Program-made: the position numbers and the translations under genes
In this document: in pieces, positions 9,600-20,182 of the stretch
Layout of the letters: every line of letters begins with the position of its first letter
How positions within the stretch are numbered: the stretch's first letter is position 1
Assembly (NCBI GenBank): GCA_045133675.1
Contig: JBGUUS010000084.1
Span: forward strand, 1-39,513
Reading direction: 5' to 3'
Source: Oscillospiraceae bacterium
GTDB taxonomy: Bacteria; Bacillota; Clostridia; Oscillospirales; Ruminococcaceae
DNA: 39,513 bases
Notes under the pieces: generated by a model
What the model was told of the DNA's origin: nothing
The model's input: the letters and a program-made list of their open reading frames with translations, nothing else
Database searches by the model: none

Positions 9600-10784
9600 A
9601 TGGCCAAAAGAAAAAAAGTTGTGCGTACAAAGCGGATCTATCGCGGACCTTCAAAACGGACGCGGTCTGTTTTGCGTGCCCTTTTGTTTTTGCTGATCCT
9701 GCTGGTTCTGGTTGTTGCCGGATATTTCCTTTCCATGGGCTTCAGCGCGCTGTTCGCAAACGGTGATAACGCGCCGGAATCCTCGGCTGAATCCGCGCTT
9801 TTGCCGGAATCTTCGGAGGAGGGCACACCGGAATCTTCGGAGGAATCCTCCAAAGAGGAATCGAGCGAGCCGCCGGTTGAAGAACCGGATATCAAAGGTC
9901 TCACCGTGTCGTTCGATGCGGCACGTCTGAGCGGTGATGCACTCGATAACTATCTCAACGAACGCAAAGCCGAGGGATACACCCATATCTTTGTTGAACT
10001 CAAAAACGTGAACGGCTACGTTCTGTTTAAAACGGATGCACCGCAGGCTGTCGGCTTCGGCTCGGTTACAAACGGTGCATTCGATGCCGAGGTGTTTACC
10101 GCGGCGGTCAAGAAAGCCGGCATGATCCCGGCGGCGAAGATCACCACACTGCGCGATCCGCTGGTTGCACACGTCAGAAACGGCAACTCGTTTGCGCATT
10201 CGAGCTCGCGCGAGGTCAACTGGCTCGACTATTCGCCGGAGCTTGGCGGCAAACCGTGGCTCAACCCGTATATGGAAAAAGCGCGCGGCTATATCGTGGA
10301 ACTCACGGAGGATGCGATCGATAAAGGTTTTGAAATGATCGTGCTTTCGGACGTGAACTTCCCGACGCGCACTTCGCCGAGCATGGATACGATCCTAAAA
10401 GAACCGTCGCGCAATGCGATCCTCGGTCAGCTTTTAAACGAGGTGCAGGCGGCGGCAGGCGACGTTCCGGTGCTCAACAGCGTAAACCTCGCCGAGCAGT
10501 TCATGCTGACGGACAAGGTTCCGTTTGCGGATATGCTGGAGATCGGCTATACCACGAACGCGCCGTATATCAGCCTTGCGGCAATCGAATGGAACAAGCC
10601 GTATCTCGCGGAGAAGTTCAGCGTTGAAAACGACGGTGTCGCAATCGCACGTGCAATGCTCACGCGCTTTAAATCCCAGACCGCTCTCACCGAAATGTTC
10701 GTTCCGATGATCGCGCAGTCGGATGCAGATGTGCTCCTGCCGATTCTCAAAGAGCTCGGCATTGAGGAGTATATCGTCCTTTAA
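9600..10784 (+). CDS. Membrane-anchored putative glycoside hydrolase-like (DUF4015-type TIM barrel) protein
   Basis: Basic N-terminus plus TM helix, S/E/P-rich linker, VELKNVNGYV, LRDP, WLNPY...GFEMIVL pattern. Confidence 0.6.
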   Translation: MAKRKKVVRTKRIYRGPSKRTRSVLRALLFLLILLVLVVAGYFLSMGFSALFANGDNAPESSAESALLPESSEEGTPESSEESSKEESSEPPVEEPDIKGLTVSFDAARLSGDALDNYLNERKAEGYTHIFVELKNVNGYVLFKTDAPQAVGFGSVTNGAFDAEVFTAAVKKAGMIPAAKITTLRDPLVAHVRNGNSFAHSSSREVNWLDYSPELGGKPWLNPYMEKARGYIVELTEDAIDKGFEMIVLSDVNFPTRTSPSMDTILKEPSRNAILGQLLNEVQAAAGDVPVLNSVNLAEQFMLTDKVPFADMLEIGYTTNAPYISLAAIEWNKPYLAEKFSVENDGVAIARAMLTRFKSQTALTEMFVPMIAQSDADVLLPILKELGIEEYIVL

Positions 10785-10860
10785 TTTGTATTATAGCGGA
10801 GGTCCGCTTTAATAAAGCTTCATCTATTACCGAAAATTCTGCAGAAATGAGGAAATCGTC

Positions 10861-12579
10861 ATGAAGGAAATGGAACTCTACAATCTTTGGACCAAATACG
10901 AGCTGGAAGATGCTGACCTGAGCGAAGAGCTCGCAGCGATCGCCGGCGATACCGATGCGATCAAAGATCGCTTCTACCGCGATCTCGAGTTTGGCACCGG
11001 CGGTCTGCGCGGCGTTATCGGCGCAGGCACCTACCGCATGAACATCTACACCGTTCGCAAAGCAACCCAGGGTCTTGCAGACTACCTGAACGAGACCTGT
11101 GAAGCACCGAGCGTTGCAATCAGCTACGACAGCCGTATCAAATCGGACAAATTCGCAGTTGAAGCAGCACGCGTTCTCGCTGCAAACGGCATCAAAGCGT
11201 ATATCTATGACCGTCTTATGCCGACTCCGTGCCTCTCTTTCGCAGTAAGAGAGCTCGGCTGTGATGCAGGTATCATGGTTACCGCATCCCACAACCCGGC
11301 AAAATACAATGGCTATAAAGTATATGGCAACGACGGCTGCCAGCTGACTCTGGAAGCTGCTGACCGCGTTCTTGGCTTCATCAACAAGACCGACATCTTC
11401 GGCGGCGTAAAACTCGTTGGCTTTGAAGAAGCACTCGAGGACGGCACCATCGAATACATCAAACCGGAAGTTGAAGAGAAATTCCTCGCCAACGTAAAAG
11501 CACAGTCCCTCGATCCGGAAGCTGTTGCAAAAGCAGGCCTTAAAGTTGTTTACACCCCGCTCAACGGCACCGGCAACATCCCGGTTCGCAAGATCCTGGC
11601 TATGCTCGGCATCGAAGACGTTGTTATCGTTAAAGAGCAGGAAATGCCGGACGGCACCTTCAAAACCTGCCCGTACCCGAACCCGGAGATTCCGGAAGCT
11701 CTCGCACTCGGCCTCGAGCTCTGCGCAGAAGAAAAACCGGACCTCCTGCTTGCAACCGACCCGGACGCTGACCGCGTTGGTATCGCAGTTCCGGATAAAG
11801 ACGGCAAATACGTTCTCGTAACCGGCAACGAAGTCGGCGCGCTCCTCGTTGAGTACATCTGCAAGACCCGCACCGCTATGGGCACCATGCCGAAAGATCC
11901 GATCGCAGTTAAAACGATCGTTACCACCGAGCTTGCTAAGAAAGTTGCTGCTGACTACGGCGTTAAAGTTATCGACGTTCTCACCGGCTTCAAATTCATC
12001 GGCGAGCAGATCCTCTTCCTCGAGCAGAAAGGCGAGACCGAGCGTTACCTCTTCGGCTTTGAAGAGTCCTACGGCTACCTCGCAGGTACCTACGCACGCG
12101 ATAAAGACGCAGTTGTTGCAGCAATGCTCATCTGCGAGATGGCTGCAAGCTACAAACTGCAGGGTATCTCCATCCTTGATGCACTGAATGCACTCTACGC
12201 AAAATACGGCTACTACATCCACCGTCAGCAGAGCTTCACCTGTGAAGGCGCTGCAGGCATGGAGCAGATGAAAGCAATCATGGCTTCTCTGCGCACCGAG
12301 ACCCCGAAAGAGATCGCAGGCGCAGCAGTTGTCACCTTCAGCGACTACCTCGCAAGCAAGACGGTAAGCTTTGTTGACGGTTCCGAAGAAGTGATCGAAC
12401 TGCCGAAATCCGACGTTCTGACCTTCAACCTCGCAAACGGCAACAGCATCGTTCTGCGTCCGTCCGGCACCGAGCCGAAGATCAAAGCATACTACACCGG
12501 TATCGCAGCAACTGAAGAAGCAGCTCTCGCAGCAATCGACGAGATGAAAGCTTCCTTCACCAAGATCCTTGGCTTCTGA
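10861..12579 (+). CDS. pgm: Phosphoglucomutase/phosphomannomutase
   Basis: FGTGGLRG, TASHNP phosphoserine, ATDPDADR, FEESYG, RPSGTEPKIK. Confidence 0.95.
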   Translation: MKEMELYNLWTKYELEDADLSEELAAIAGDTDAIKDRFYRDLEFGTGGLRGVIGAGTYRMNIYTVRKATQGLADYLNETCEAPSVAISYDSRIKSDKFAVEAARVLAANGIKAYIYDRLMPTPCLSFAVRELGCDAGIMVTASHNPAKYNGYKVYGNDGCQLTLEAADRVLGFINKTDIFGGVKLVGFEEALEDGTIEYIKPEVEEKFLANVKAQSLDPEAVAKAGLKVVYTPLNGTGNIPVRKILAMLGIEDVVIVKEQEMPDGTFKTCPYPNPEIPEALALGLELCAEEKPDLLLATDPDADRVGIAVPDKDGKYVLVTGNEVGALLVEYICKTRTAMGTMPKDPIAVKTIVTTELAKKVAADYGVKVIDVLTGFKFIGEQILFLEQKGETERYLFGFEESYGYLAGTYARDKDAVVAAMLICEMAASYKLQGISILDALNALYAKYGYYIHRQQSFTCEGAAGMEQMKAIMASLRTETPKEIAGAAVVTFSDYLASKTVSFVDGSEEVIELPKSDVLTFNLANGNSIVLRPSGTEPKIKAYYTGIAATEEAALAAIDEMKASFTKILGF

Positions 12580-12605
12580 GTGGGCAACGCCCGGATTATT
12601 CCGGT

Positions 12606-12645
12606 AAAAAAAGAGTGGAATCAAACGATTCCACTCTTTTTATTT
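12606..12645. terminator. Bidirectional intrinsic terminator between pgm and cysK
   Basis: AAAAAGAGTGGAATC/GATTCCACTCTTTTT inverted repeat between convergent genes. Confidence 0.85.
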
Positions 12646-12660
12646 GCAGATTATTGCCGG

Positions 12661-13590
12661 TTATTTGAAAAGCTCCGTCGAGAGATAGCGGTCGCCGGTG
12701 TCCGGAAGGAGGACGACGATCGTTTTGCCGGCGTTTTCCTCGCGTTTTGCGACTCCGATTGCCGCGTGCAGTGCCGCACCCGACGAAATGCCGACCAATA
12801 CGCCTTCTCTTACACCGAGCAGGCGGCTTGCGGCGTACGCCTCCTCGTTTTCAACCGGGAAGAGCTCATCGTATACGGTGGTATCGAGCACCTCCGGAAT
12901 GAATCCGGCGCCGATACCCTGCAGGTTGTGTTTGCCCGCCGGTTTTCCCGAGAGAACGGCGGAGGCAGCCGGTTCGATGCCGATGATCTGCACTTCCGGC
13001 TTTTTCTCTTTGAGATAACGGCCCGTGCCGGTGATGGTGCCGCCGGTGCCGACACCCGCAACAAAGATATCGACTTCGCCGTCGGTATCCTCAAAAATTT
13101 CCGGACCGGTCGTGTCGTAGTGTGCTTTTGCATTTGCCGGATTGACGAACTGGCCCGCAACAAAGCTGTTCGGGATTTCGGCGGCAAGCTCTTCTGCTTT
13201 TTTGATCGCGGCCGTCATACCGCCGGCGCCATCGGTCAAAACGAGTTCGGCGCCGTACGCTTTCATCAGAACGCGGCGTTCTTCGGACATGGTTTCCGGC
13301 ATAACGATGATGCAGCGGTAACCGCGCGCCGCCGCAACGGATGCAAGACCGATGCCGGTGTTGCCGGAGGTCGGCTCGATGATAACGGAATCGGGTTTGA
13401 GTTTTCCGGATGCTTCGGCGTCGTCGAGCATTGCTTTGCCGACGCGGTCTTTTACCGAGCCGGCCGGATTGAGATATTCGAGCTTGGCGAGAAGACGCGC
13501 CTTCAGGCCGAGCTGTTTTTCAAGATTGGTGAGCTCAAGAAGCGGCGTTCTGCCGATGAGCTGATCGGCGGAGGTGTAAATACGGGACAT
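12661..13590 (-). CDS. cysK: Cysteine synthase A
   Basis: [12 protein letters not shown] lysine, [30 protein letters not shown]; ATG at 13590 after AAAGGAG. Confidence 0.96.
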   Translation of the reverse strand: MSRIYTSADQLIGRTPLLELTNLEKQLGLKARLLAKLEYLNPAGSVKDRVGKAMLDDAEASGKLKPDSVIIEPTSGNTGIGLASVAAARGYRCIIVMPETMSEERRVLMKAYGAELVLTDGAGGMTAAIKKAEELAAEIPNSFVAGQFVNPANAKAHYDTTGPEIFEDTDGEVDIFVAGVGTGGTITGTGRYLKEKKPEVQIIGIEPAASAVLSGKPAGKHNLQGIGAGFIPEVLDTTVYDELFPVENEEAYAASRLLGVREGVLVGISSGAALHAAIGVAKREENAGKTIVVLLPDTGDRYLSTELFK

Positions 13591-13751
13591 GCAAAGGACT
13601 CCTTTTTTCGTCGGGATGATGATTGTATTATACCACAAATCTATGCAAAAAGGCGAATTGTTCGGAAATTTTGTTCGTTCGCTTGTAATTTTCTTTTGGG
13701 TGTGATAGAATGATATCCGGTCCAAAAGGATCGAAAAAAGGAGGAAACACC

Positions 13752-14228
13752 ATGAAAACCATGATGAAACGCATTGCGGTTCTTGCTCTCGCTCTGGTTA
13801 TGCTGTTTGCTGTAACGGCTTGTGGTTCCAGCGCTGCAGAAGAACTGAAATACAGCCAGGACATCGTAAAACTGATGAACGAGCTGACCGATTCTGCCAA
13901 CACTTTCTCGGCTGACCTCAACACGTTTTTTGAAGACATCACTGAGGAAAACCGCGAAATGATTATGTCTGACCTCGACAAAATGGAGACGGCATATAAA
14001 AACATCAGTGCACTGAAAGCACCGGCAAACTACGCTGAGTTCCAGAAACTGCTTAACGAGAGTGCAGACAGCGCTTTCAAAGCAATCGAGGTTTATCGCA
14101 CCGAGCTCGGCACCGTTACCGAGGATACTCTGGACCAGGCATTCCTGGACCGCGTTACCGAAGGCGACGTTCACATGCAGGCAGCAGCACAGAAACTGCT
14201 CGATGCATCTGCTCTGATGGACGAATAA
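13752..14228 (+). CDS. Small alpha-helical lipoprotein, function unknown
   Basis: RBS AGGAGG; signal peptide with lipobox VTAC; acidic helical mature part. Confidence 0.8.
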   Translation: MKTMMKRIAVLALALVMLFAVTACGSSAAEELKYSQDIVKLMNELTDSANTFSADLNTFFEDITEENREMIMSDLDKMETAYKNISALKAPANYAEFQKLLNESADSAFKAIEVYRTELGTVTEDTLDQAFLDRVTEGDVHMQAAAQKLLDASALMDE

Positions 14229-14327
14229 TAATAATTCTTTAAATTTCTCGAAAAACTGCTTGCAATTTTCGAATTTATATGTTATGATATTGTCTTGCAG
14301 GACCATACTTTGAAAGAGGTGAACACA

Positions 14328-14525
14328 GTGAAACAGGGAATTCATCCGAACTACGAACAGACTACAATCAGATGTGCTTGCGGCGAGGTTATCGAAACCG
14401 GCTCCACTAAAAAGGATATCAGAGTTGAGGTATGCTCCAAATGCCACCCGTTCTTCACCGGTCGTCAGAAGCTGAATGATGCTGGCGGACGCGTTGATAG
14501 ATTTAAGAAACGTTTTGGTATGTAA
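14328..14525 (+). CDS. rpmE: 50S ribosomal protein L31 (Zn-binding type)
   Basis: [32 protein letters not shown]; GTG start after GAGGTG. Confidence 0.97.
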   Translation: MKQGIHPNYEQTTIRCACGEVIETGSTKKDIRVEVCSKCHPFFTGRQKLNDAGGRVDRFKKRFGM

Positions 14526-14533
14526 GCAAAATG

Positions 14534-14570
14534 AAGCGATGCAGAACTCCTGCATCGCTTTCTGTTTATT
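14534..14570 (+). terminator. Intrinsic terminator after rpmE
   Basis: AAGCGATGCAG/CTGCATCGCTT stem followed by a T-rich tail. Confidence 0.75.
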
Positions 14571-14599
14571 ATAAAAAAGCAGGAAGGGCGGCGAAAACC

Positions 14600-15229
14600 A
14601 TGGCGCAAAAGGACTATCGCACAATCAAAGATTTTGCGACCGATCAGTTTATCGAGCGCAAATCCCGCTTTATCGGTTATATCGCACCGGTCTCAACCGA
14701 AGAGGAAGCACAGGCTTTTGTTGCGCGGATCTCGAAGGAGCACCGCGACGCAACGCACAACGTCTATGCATATGTGCTCAGAAAAGACAACATCTCGCGC
14801 TGTTCCGATAACGGTGAACCGCAGGGAACGGCGGGTGTTCCGACGCTCGACGTTTTGCTCAAAGAAGGTCTGACCGACGTATGCTGTGTCGTTACGCGTT
14901 ATTTTGGCGGCACGCTTCTCGGCACCGGCGGTTTGGTGCGCGCATATTCACACGCGGCAAAGATCGCGGTCGATGCGGCGCAGATCATGAATATGACCAC
15001 CTGTGCAACCGTGATGGTCGAGTGCAGCTACAGCTTTTACGGCAAGCTCACGTATATGCTGCCCGACTATAACGTGCTGGTCAAAGACACGAGTTTCACC
15101 GATACGGTTACGCTGACGCTGCAGATGAAGGAAAGCGGACGCGAAGCGTTTGAAAAAGCGCTGACTGAGGCTTCGAACGGTCAGGTGGAATCGATCCTGA
15201 TCGAGACATTTTTCGGTGACCTCTCGTAA
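14600..15229 (+). CDS. YigZ/IMPACT family protein
   Basis: IERKSRFIG, HRDATHNVYAY, SDNGEPQGTAG, VTRYFGGTLLGTGGLVRAY. Confidence 0.92.
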   Translation: MAQKDYRTIKDFATDQFIERKSRFIGYIAPVSTEEEAQAFVARISKEHRDATHNVYAYVLRKDNISRCSDNGEPQGTAGVPTLDVLLKEGLTDVCCVVTRYFGGTLLGTGGLVRAYSHAAKIAVDAAQIMNMTTCATVMVECSYSFYGKLTYMLPDYNVLVKDTSFTDTVTLTLQMKESGREAFEKALTEASNGQVESILIETFFGDLS

Positions 15230-15250
15230 AAAAGCGAAAATTCCGGAGTT

Positions 15251-15283
15251 AAAAAGACGCTGCGGCGTCTTTTTTCTTTCTTT
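15251..15283 (+). terminator. Probable intrinsic terminator
   Basis: AAAAAGACGC/GCGTCTTTTT hairpin followed by a T tract. Confidence 0.65.
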
Positions 15284-15396
15284 GGCGCAGTTTTTTGCGG
15301 AATTTTCGAATTTTTTTCAAAAGAAAAAAGGGAAAACGCAGGTTTTGCTGTATATAGATTATGCAAGGTTTTTTCGGACGAAAGGGAGTGGAAAAT

Positions 15397-16392
15397 GTGA
15401 TCCGGGAAGAGATTGAAAAAATGGAGTTTTCGATGCTCTCGCCGTATGCGGCGAAGGCGGCTGATTCCCGCGGAAGGGTACGCGAAGAAAAGCCGTGTGA
15501 GCTGCGCACCTGTTTTCAGCGCGACCGCGACCGCATCATCCACTGCAATGCGTTCCGGCGGTTAAAGCACAAAACGCAGGTCTTTCTTTCGCCGCAGGGC
15601 GACCACTACCGCACGAGGCTGACGCACACGCTTGAGGTTTCGCAGATCGCAAGAACGATCGCGCGGGCGCTCAACCTAAACGAGGATCTGACCGAGGCGA
15701 TCGCGCTCGGACACGACCTTGGACATACGCCATTCGGTCATGCGGGCGAGCGCACGCTTGCAAAGCTCTGTCAGCACGGTTTCCACCACAGTCTGCAGAG
15801 TGTCCGTGTGGTTGATCACGTTGAAAAAGAAGGCGCAGGTTTAAACCTTACTTACGAAGTGAAAAACGGCATCGCGTGTCATTCGGACCATGTGCCGCAG
15901 GCATCAACACTGGAAGGCAGAGTTGTTCGCATTGCCGATAAAGTGGCATACATCAATCACGACATCGAAGATGCGGTTCGCGCCGGTGTATTGCGCGACA
16001 GCGATCTGCCGTATGACTGTGTATACGTGCTTGGCAGAACGAAGAGCGCGCGCATTTCGACGATCATTCACTCGCTCATTAAAAATTCGGGCAGCGATAT
16101 CCGGATGGCGCCGGAGGTTCTTGACGCACATCTGCGGCTGCAGACGTTTATGTTCGAGGCGGTTTACCGCAACCCGGACGCAAAGTCCGAGGAAAGCAAG
16201 GCCGAAGAGATCGTTGCGGCGCTCTATCACCACTATATGAAAGATCCGGCGAAGCTGCCGGAAATGTATCGGCCGATCATGGCGCGCTTTGGCGAAGAAG
16301 AAGCCGTATGTGACCACGTTGCCGGTATGACCGATCAGTATGCGGTCGAATTATACAAGGACTTATTCATTCCGAAATTCTGGACGAAATAA
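15397..16392 (+). CDS. dgt: Deoxyguanosinetriphosphate triphosphohydrolase-like HD protein
   Basis: FQRDRDRIIH..FRRLKHKTQVF, RTRLTHTLEV, HDLGHTPFGH; start uncertain (GTG at 15388 or 15397). Confidence 0.92.
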   Translation: MIREEIEKMEFSMLSPYAAKAADSRGRVREEKPCELRTCFQRDRDRIIHCNAFRRLKHKTQVFLSPQGDHYRTRLTHTLEVSQIARTIARALNLNEDLTEAIALGHDLGHTPFGHAGERTLAKLCQHGFHHSLQSVRVVDHVEKEGAGLNLTYEVKNGIACHSDHVPQASTLEGRVVRIADKVAYINHDIEDAVRAGVLRDSDLPYDCVYVLGRTKSARISTIIHSLIKNSGSDIRMAPEVLDAHLRLQTFMFEAVYRNPDAKSEESKAEEIVAALYHHYMKDPAKLPEMYRPIMARFGEEEAVCDHVAGMTDQYAVELYKDLFIPKFWTK

Positions 16393-16410
16393 AAAAGGAG
16401 GTGCACGCTT

Positions 16411-18162
16411 GTGATTCCACGCGGGTTTATCGAACAGCTCGTTGCACAGTGCGATATCGAAGAGATCATCCGCTCATACGTCGCGGTCAAGCGTGCCGGA
16501 CGTACAAGCAAGGCGCTTTGTCCGTTCCACTCCGAAAAAACGCCGTCGTTCGTCATTTATCCGGACAACCAGTCGTTTTACTGCTTCGGCTGCGGAAAAG
16601 GCGGCGACGTTATCCGCTTTATCATGGAGGCGGAACATCTCGATTATCCCGAGGCGGTCCGTTTTCTTGCCGCGCGCTGCGGTCTGACGGTGCCGGAGGA
16701 CGGCGACGATAAAGCAGCCAAGCGCAAGATGCGCGTTTACGAAATCAACCGCGAGGCGGCGCGATTTTTCCATAAGTGCTTGAAATCGCCCGTGGGAAAA
16801 GAAGGCTACGACTATCTGCGCAGGCGCGGCCTGTCCGATCAGACGATCGTGACCTACGGACTCGGCTTTGCGCCGAACACGTGGGACAGCCTTCGCAATC
16901 ATCTGCAGAAAAAAGGCTTTACGCGCGAGGAGATGATCGATGCCGCCGTTTTGTCGCAGGGCAAAAACGGCAGTGCGTACGACAAATTCCGCAACCGCGT
17001 GATGTTTCCGATCATTGACCTGCGCGGCAACGTTATCGGCTTCGGCGGCCGCGTTATGGACGACAGCAAGCCGAAATACCTGAACACGGACGACACACCC
17101 GTGTTCAAGAAAAGCCGCAACCTCTTTTCGCTCAACTTCGCAAAAAACGAAGGCAGCGGACGGCTGATCCTTGCGGAAGGCTATATGGACGTTATCGCGA
17201 TCCACGCCGCGGGCTTTAAAAACGTTGTGGCAACGCTCGGCACGGCCCTCACCGAAGAGCAGGCGCGCCTGATGAGCAAATATGCAAAGGAAGTTATCAT
17301 CGCGTACGACTCCGACGGAGCGGGACAGGCGGCAACGCGCCGCGCACTCAACATCCTCTCGGAGGCCGGTCTGACGGCACGTGTACTGCATATGGAAGGC
17401 GCGAAGGATCCGGACGAGTACATCGGAAAATTCGGTACGAAGCGCTTTGAGATGCTTTTAGACGATGCCGGTGACCCGATCGTTCATGAATTGGAGTCGA
17501 TCAAAAAATCCGTGGATATCAAAACGCCGGAGGGCAAGATCGAGTTCATCAAACGTGCGGTATTCGTGCTGAGCGATGTGGCGGATCCGCTGTCGCGCGA
17601 GGTATATGCCGCAACGGCCGCAAAAACCGCGGAGGTCACCGTGGAGACGCTGATGACGCAGGCGGAAAATATCCGCAAAAAGCGCATCCGGCAGGCCGAA
17701 GCGCGCGAATGGCGCGATATCGAGATGAATCGCGAGATGGTGCGCGACCGTATAAATCCGGAGAAAGCACAGAATATAAAAGCGGCAACGGCGGAGGAAG
17801 GCATTCTTTCGTATATGCTGCGGCACCCGGACGAATGCGGCCGGATTCTGGAGGCGGTTTCGGAAGAGGATTTCGTAACGGCATACGACAAAAAGGTGCT
17901 TTCCGCCATGCGTGTGCTGCACAGCGAGCACGACGAGATCACGCTTTCAACGCTTTCGACACTGCTTTCGCCCGATGAGGCAAGCGGCGTTGCGAGAATC
18001 CTGGCGCGGTCTTCGGAAGCACCGGTGACGCAGGAGATGGTCGGTGACTATATCCGCGTGCTGGAGCAGGAGCGGCAGAAGCTCAAAAAAGAGTCGATCG
18101 CTTCCATTGATCCTGCCGAGATCGAACGGTATCGGCAGAAGCTCAGGGAGAAGAGAAAATAA
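16411..18162 (+). CDS. dnaG: DNA primase
   Basis: [15 protein letters not shown] zinc finger, KYLN, EGYMDV, TOPRIM YDSDGAG. Confidence 0.97.
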   Translation: MIPRGFIEQLVAQCDIEEIIRSYVAVKRAGRTSKALCPFHSEKTPSFVIYPDNQSFYCFGCGKGGDVIRFIMEAEHLDYPEAVRFLAARCGLTVPEDGDDKAAKRKMRVYEINREAARFFHKCLKSPVGKEGYDYLRRRGLSDQTIVTYGLGFAPNTWDSLRNHLQKKGFTREEMIDAAVLSQGKNGSAYDKFRNRVMFPIIDLRGNVIGFGGRVMDDSKPKYLNTDDTPVFKKSRNLFSLNFAKNEGSGRLILAEGYMDVIAIHAAGFKNVVATLGTALTEEQARLMSKYAKEVIIAYDSDGAGQAATRRALNILSEAGLTARVLHMEGAKDPDEYIGKFGTKRFEMLLDDAGDPIVHELESIKKSVDIKTPEGKIEFIKRAVFVLSDVADPLSREVYAATAAKTAEVTVETLMTQAENIRKKRIRQAEAREWRDIEMNREMVRDRINPEKAQNIKAATAEEGILSYMLRHPDECGRILEAVSEEDFVTAYDKKVLSAMRVLHSEHDEITLSTLSTLLSPDEASGVARILARSSEAPVTQEMVGDYIRVLEQERQKLKKESIASIDPAEIERYRQKLREKRK

Positions 18163-18214
18163 AGGAAAACACACCGTTCAAAAGAATGGGATAGGGATAA
18201 AGGAGAATTTACTT

Positions 18215-19294
18215 ATGGCAGAAAAGAAAAGTGCACTTGCAGAGCTTGTTGAACAGGGCAAAAACGCCGGCAAACTCACCACGCAGGAGATCAACGACGC
18301 GCTCGAGGATATGAACTTCGACGTCGACCAGGTTGAAGAGCTGTATGAATCGCTCAAAAACATGAACGTTGAGGTTGTTGAGGTATACAATGCCGACGAC
18401 ATCTCGCTCGACTTCCCGACGATCGATCCGGACACCGCTGAACTGCAGCTGCAGGCAGAGGGTATCAGCATTGACGACCCGGTTAAAGTTTACCTCAAAG
18501 AGATCGGCCGCGTTCCGCTGCTTTCCGCAGACGAAGAGACTGTTCTTGCACGCAAAATGGCGGACGGCGACCTCGCCGCACGCAAACGCCTTTCCGAGGC
18601 AAACCTGCGTCTTGTTGTTTCCATCGCGAAACGCTATGTTGGCAGAGGCATGCAGTTTTTGGACCTGATCCAGGAGGGTAACCTCGGTCTGATCAAAGCG
18701 GTTGAAAAATTCGACTACACCAAAGGCTTCAAATTCTCGACTTACGCAACATGGTGGATCCGTCAGGCAATCACCCGTGCGATCGCGGATCAGGCAAGAA
18801 CCATCCGTATCCCGGTTCATATGGTTGAGACGATCAACAAAGTGAAAAAGGTATCGAGCCAGCTTCTGCACAAAAACGGCCACGAAGCAAGCGCAGAGGA
18901 GATCGCAGTTGAGCTCGATATGCCGCTCGACAAAGTGCGCGAGATCATGCGCGTAGCACAGGAGCCGGTTTCGCTGGAGACTCCGATCGGTGAGGAGGAA
19001 GACAGCCATCTTGGCGACTTCATCCCGGACGACGAAGCACTCGCTCCGGACGATGCAGCTTCTCACATCCTGCTCAAAGAGCAGCTTTCGAGCGTTCTCG
19101 CAACGCTGACCGACCGTGAGGAGAAGGTTCTCCGTCTGCGTTTCGGTCTGGAAGACGGCCGTTCCCGCACGCTTGAGGAAGTCGGCAAAGAGTTCAACGT
19201 AACCCGCGAACGTATCCGCCAGATTGAGGCCAAAGCGCTGCGCAAGCTCCGTCACCCGAGCAGAAGTAAAAAATTGAAAGATTTTCTCGATTAA
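18215..19294 (+). CDS. rpoD: Primary RNA polymerase sigma factor (sigma-A)
   Basis: [67 protein letters not shown]. Confidence 0.98.
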   Translation: MAEKKSALAELVEQGKNAGKLTTQEINDALEDMNFDVDQVEELYESLKNMNVEVVEVYNADDISLDFPTIDPDTAELQLQAEGISIDDPVKVYLKEIGRVPLLSADEETVLARKMADGDLAARKRLSEANLRLVVSIAKRYVGRGMQFLDLIQEGNLGLIKAVEKFDYTKGFKFSTYATWWIRQAITRAIADQARTIRIPVHMVETINKVKKVSSQLLHKNGHEASAEEIAVELDMPLDKVREIMRVAQEPVSLETPIGEEEDSHLGDFIPDDEALAPDDAASHILLKEQLSSVLATLTDREEKVLRLRFGLEDGRSRTLEEVGKEFNVTRERIRQIEAKALRKLRHPSRSKKLKDFLD

Positions 19295-19296
19295 GT

Positions 19297-19325
19297 TTGA
19301 CATCCGGCAAACAACCTGTTATAAT
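19297..19325 (+). promoter_or_regulatory. Sigma-A promoter of the Rrf2 regulator
   Basis: TTGACA-N17-TATAAT, perfect consensus, with an extended -10 TG. Confidence 0.85.
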
Positions 19326-19364
19326 ATATATCAATAAGGTATAGTTTGAACCGGAGGGATCTGC

Positions 19365-19763
19365 ATGCATATTACGTTGGAATCGGATTACGCTATCCGA
19401 ATTGTACTTTGTCTGGCACGGCGCAAGGAGCGCACCGATGCCGGCACAATTGCGGAACTCACCGGAGTAACCCTGCGTTTTGCGCTGAAGATTCTGCGCA
19501 ATCTGGTCGGAAGCGGCCTTGTGCGTTCGTATAAAGGTACACAGGGCGGATATGAGCTGAACTGCGATCCGAAGGAGATCACGCTCAAGGATATTCTTGA
19601 GATCGTGGAAGGCGAGTATCATTTCAGCCGCTGCCTCGGCAGCGATTGTTGCACGCGCCCGGATCACAGTACGTGTATCTGCAAAGTGCAGGAGGTTTTT
19701 GCACAGATCAGTATGGAGGTTCAGCAGAAGCTGGACGCCGTTACGATCGCTGAATTGATGTAA
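19365..19763 (+). CDS. Rrf2 family transcriptional regulator
   Basis: DYAIRIV, LVRSYKGTQGGYEL..PKEITLKDILEIVEG, Cys-rich C-terminal segment. Confidence 0.92.
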   Translation: MHITLESDYAIRIVLCLARRKERTDAGTIAELTGVTLRFALKILRNLVGSGLVRSYKGTQGGYELNCDPKEITLKDILEIVEGEYHFSRCLGSDCCTRPDHSTCICKVQEVFAQISMEVQQKLDAVTIAELM

Positions 19764-19804
19764 TTTTTTCTTTTCGTGTGTTGTGTGTTGGTAAAAGACC
19801 GGGA

Positions 19805-20182
19805 TCAGCGGATCCCGGTCTTTTGCTTTTCTTTTTTGGAGAAAAGCTCTTTTAGCCCGACGGCACCGATCAGCAGAGCGAACGCTTTCGTAAGCCACGG
19901 TCCTGTGAGAAAGCGGCCGAGCCAAACGCCGAGAAGAACACCCGGGATTCCGCCCAGAAGTGTGAAGAAAACGGGTTTTGCCGGGATCAGACCGTTTTTG
20001 CGGTGGCGGTAAACGGAAAGCGCGGCAACCGGCAGAAAAAAGAGCAGATTGAACAGCCGCGCTTCTTCCGGAGAAGTTTCGGTCAAAAGCGTGAGGTACA
20101 GCATGAGAACGAATCCGCCGCCGATTCCCATCGAAGCCGCTGTACCCGCAAGAAAACCGACGAAAAGCAAAATCCAGTTCAT
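19805..20182 (-). CDS. Half-size TauE/SafE (TSUP) sulfur-compound transporter
   Basis: MGIGGG motif and four hydrophobic helices. Confidence 0.75.
   Translation of the reverse strand: MNWILLFVGFLAGTAASMGIGGGFVLMLYLTLLTETSPEEARLFNLLFFLPVAALSVYRHRKNGLIPAKPVFFTLLGGIPGVLLGVWLGRFLTGPWLTKAFALLIGAVGLKELFSKKEKQKTGIR

Noticed and set aside
10747-12624. 625-aa antisense ORF over pgm
   Set aside because: Shadow ORF caused by codon bias of a highly expressed gene; no motifs
15230-15390. A/T-tract-rich spacer with inverted repeats before dgt as an ncRNA or MITE
   Set aside because: Adequately explained by a terminator plus promoter region; no second copy in the window
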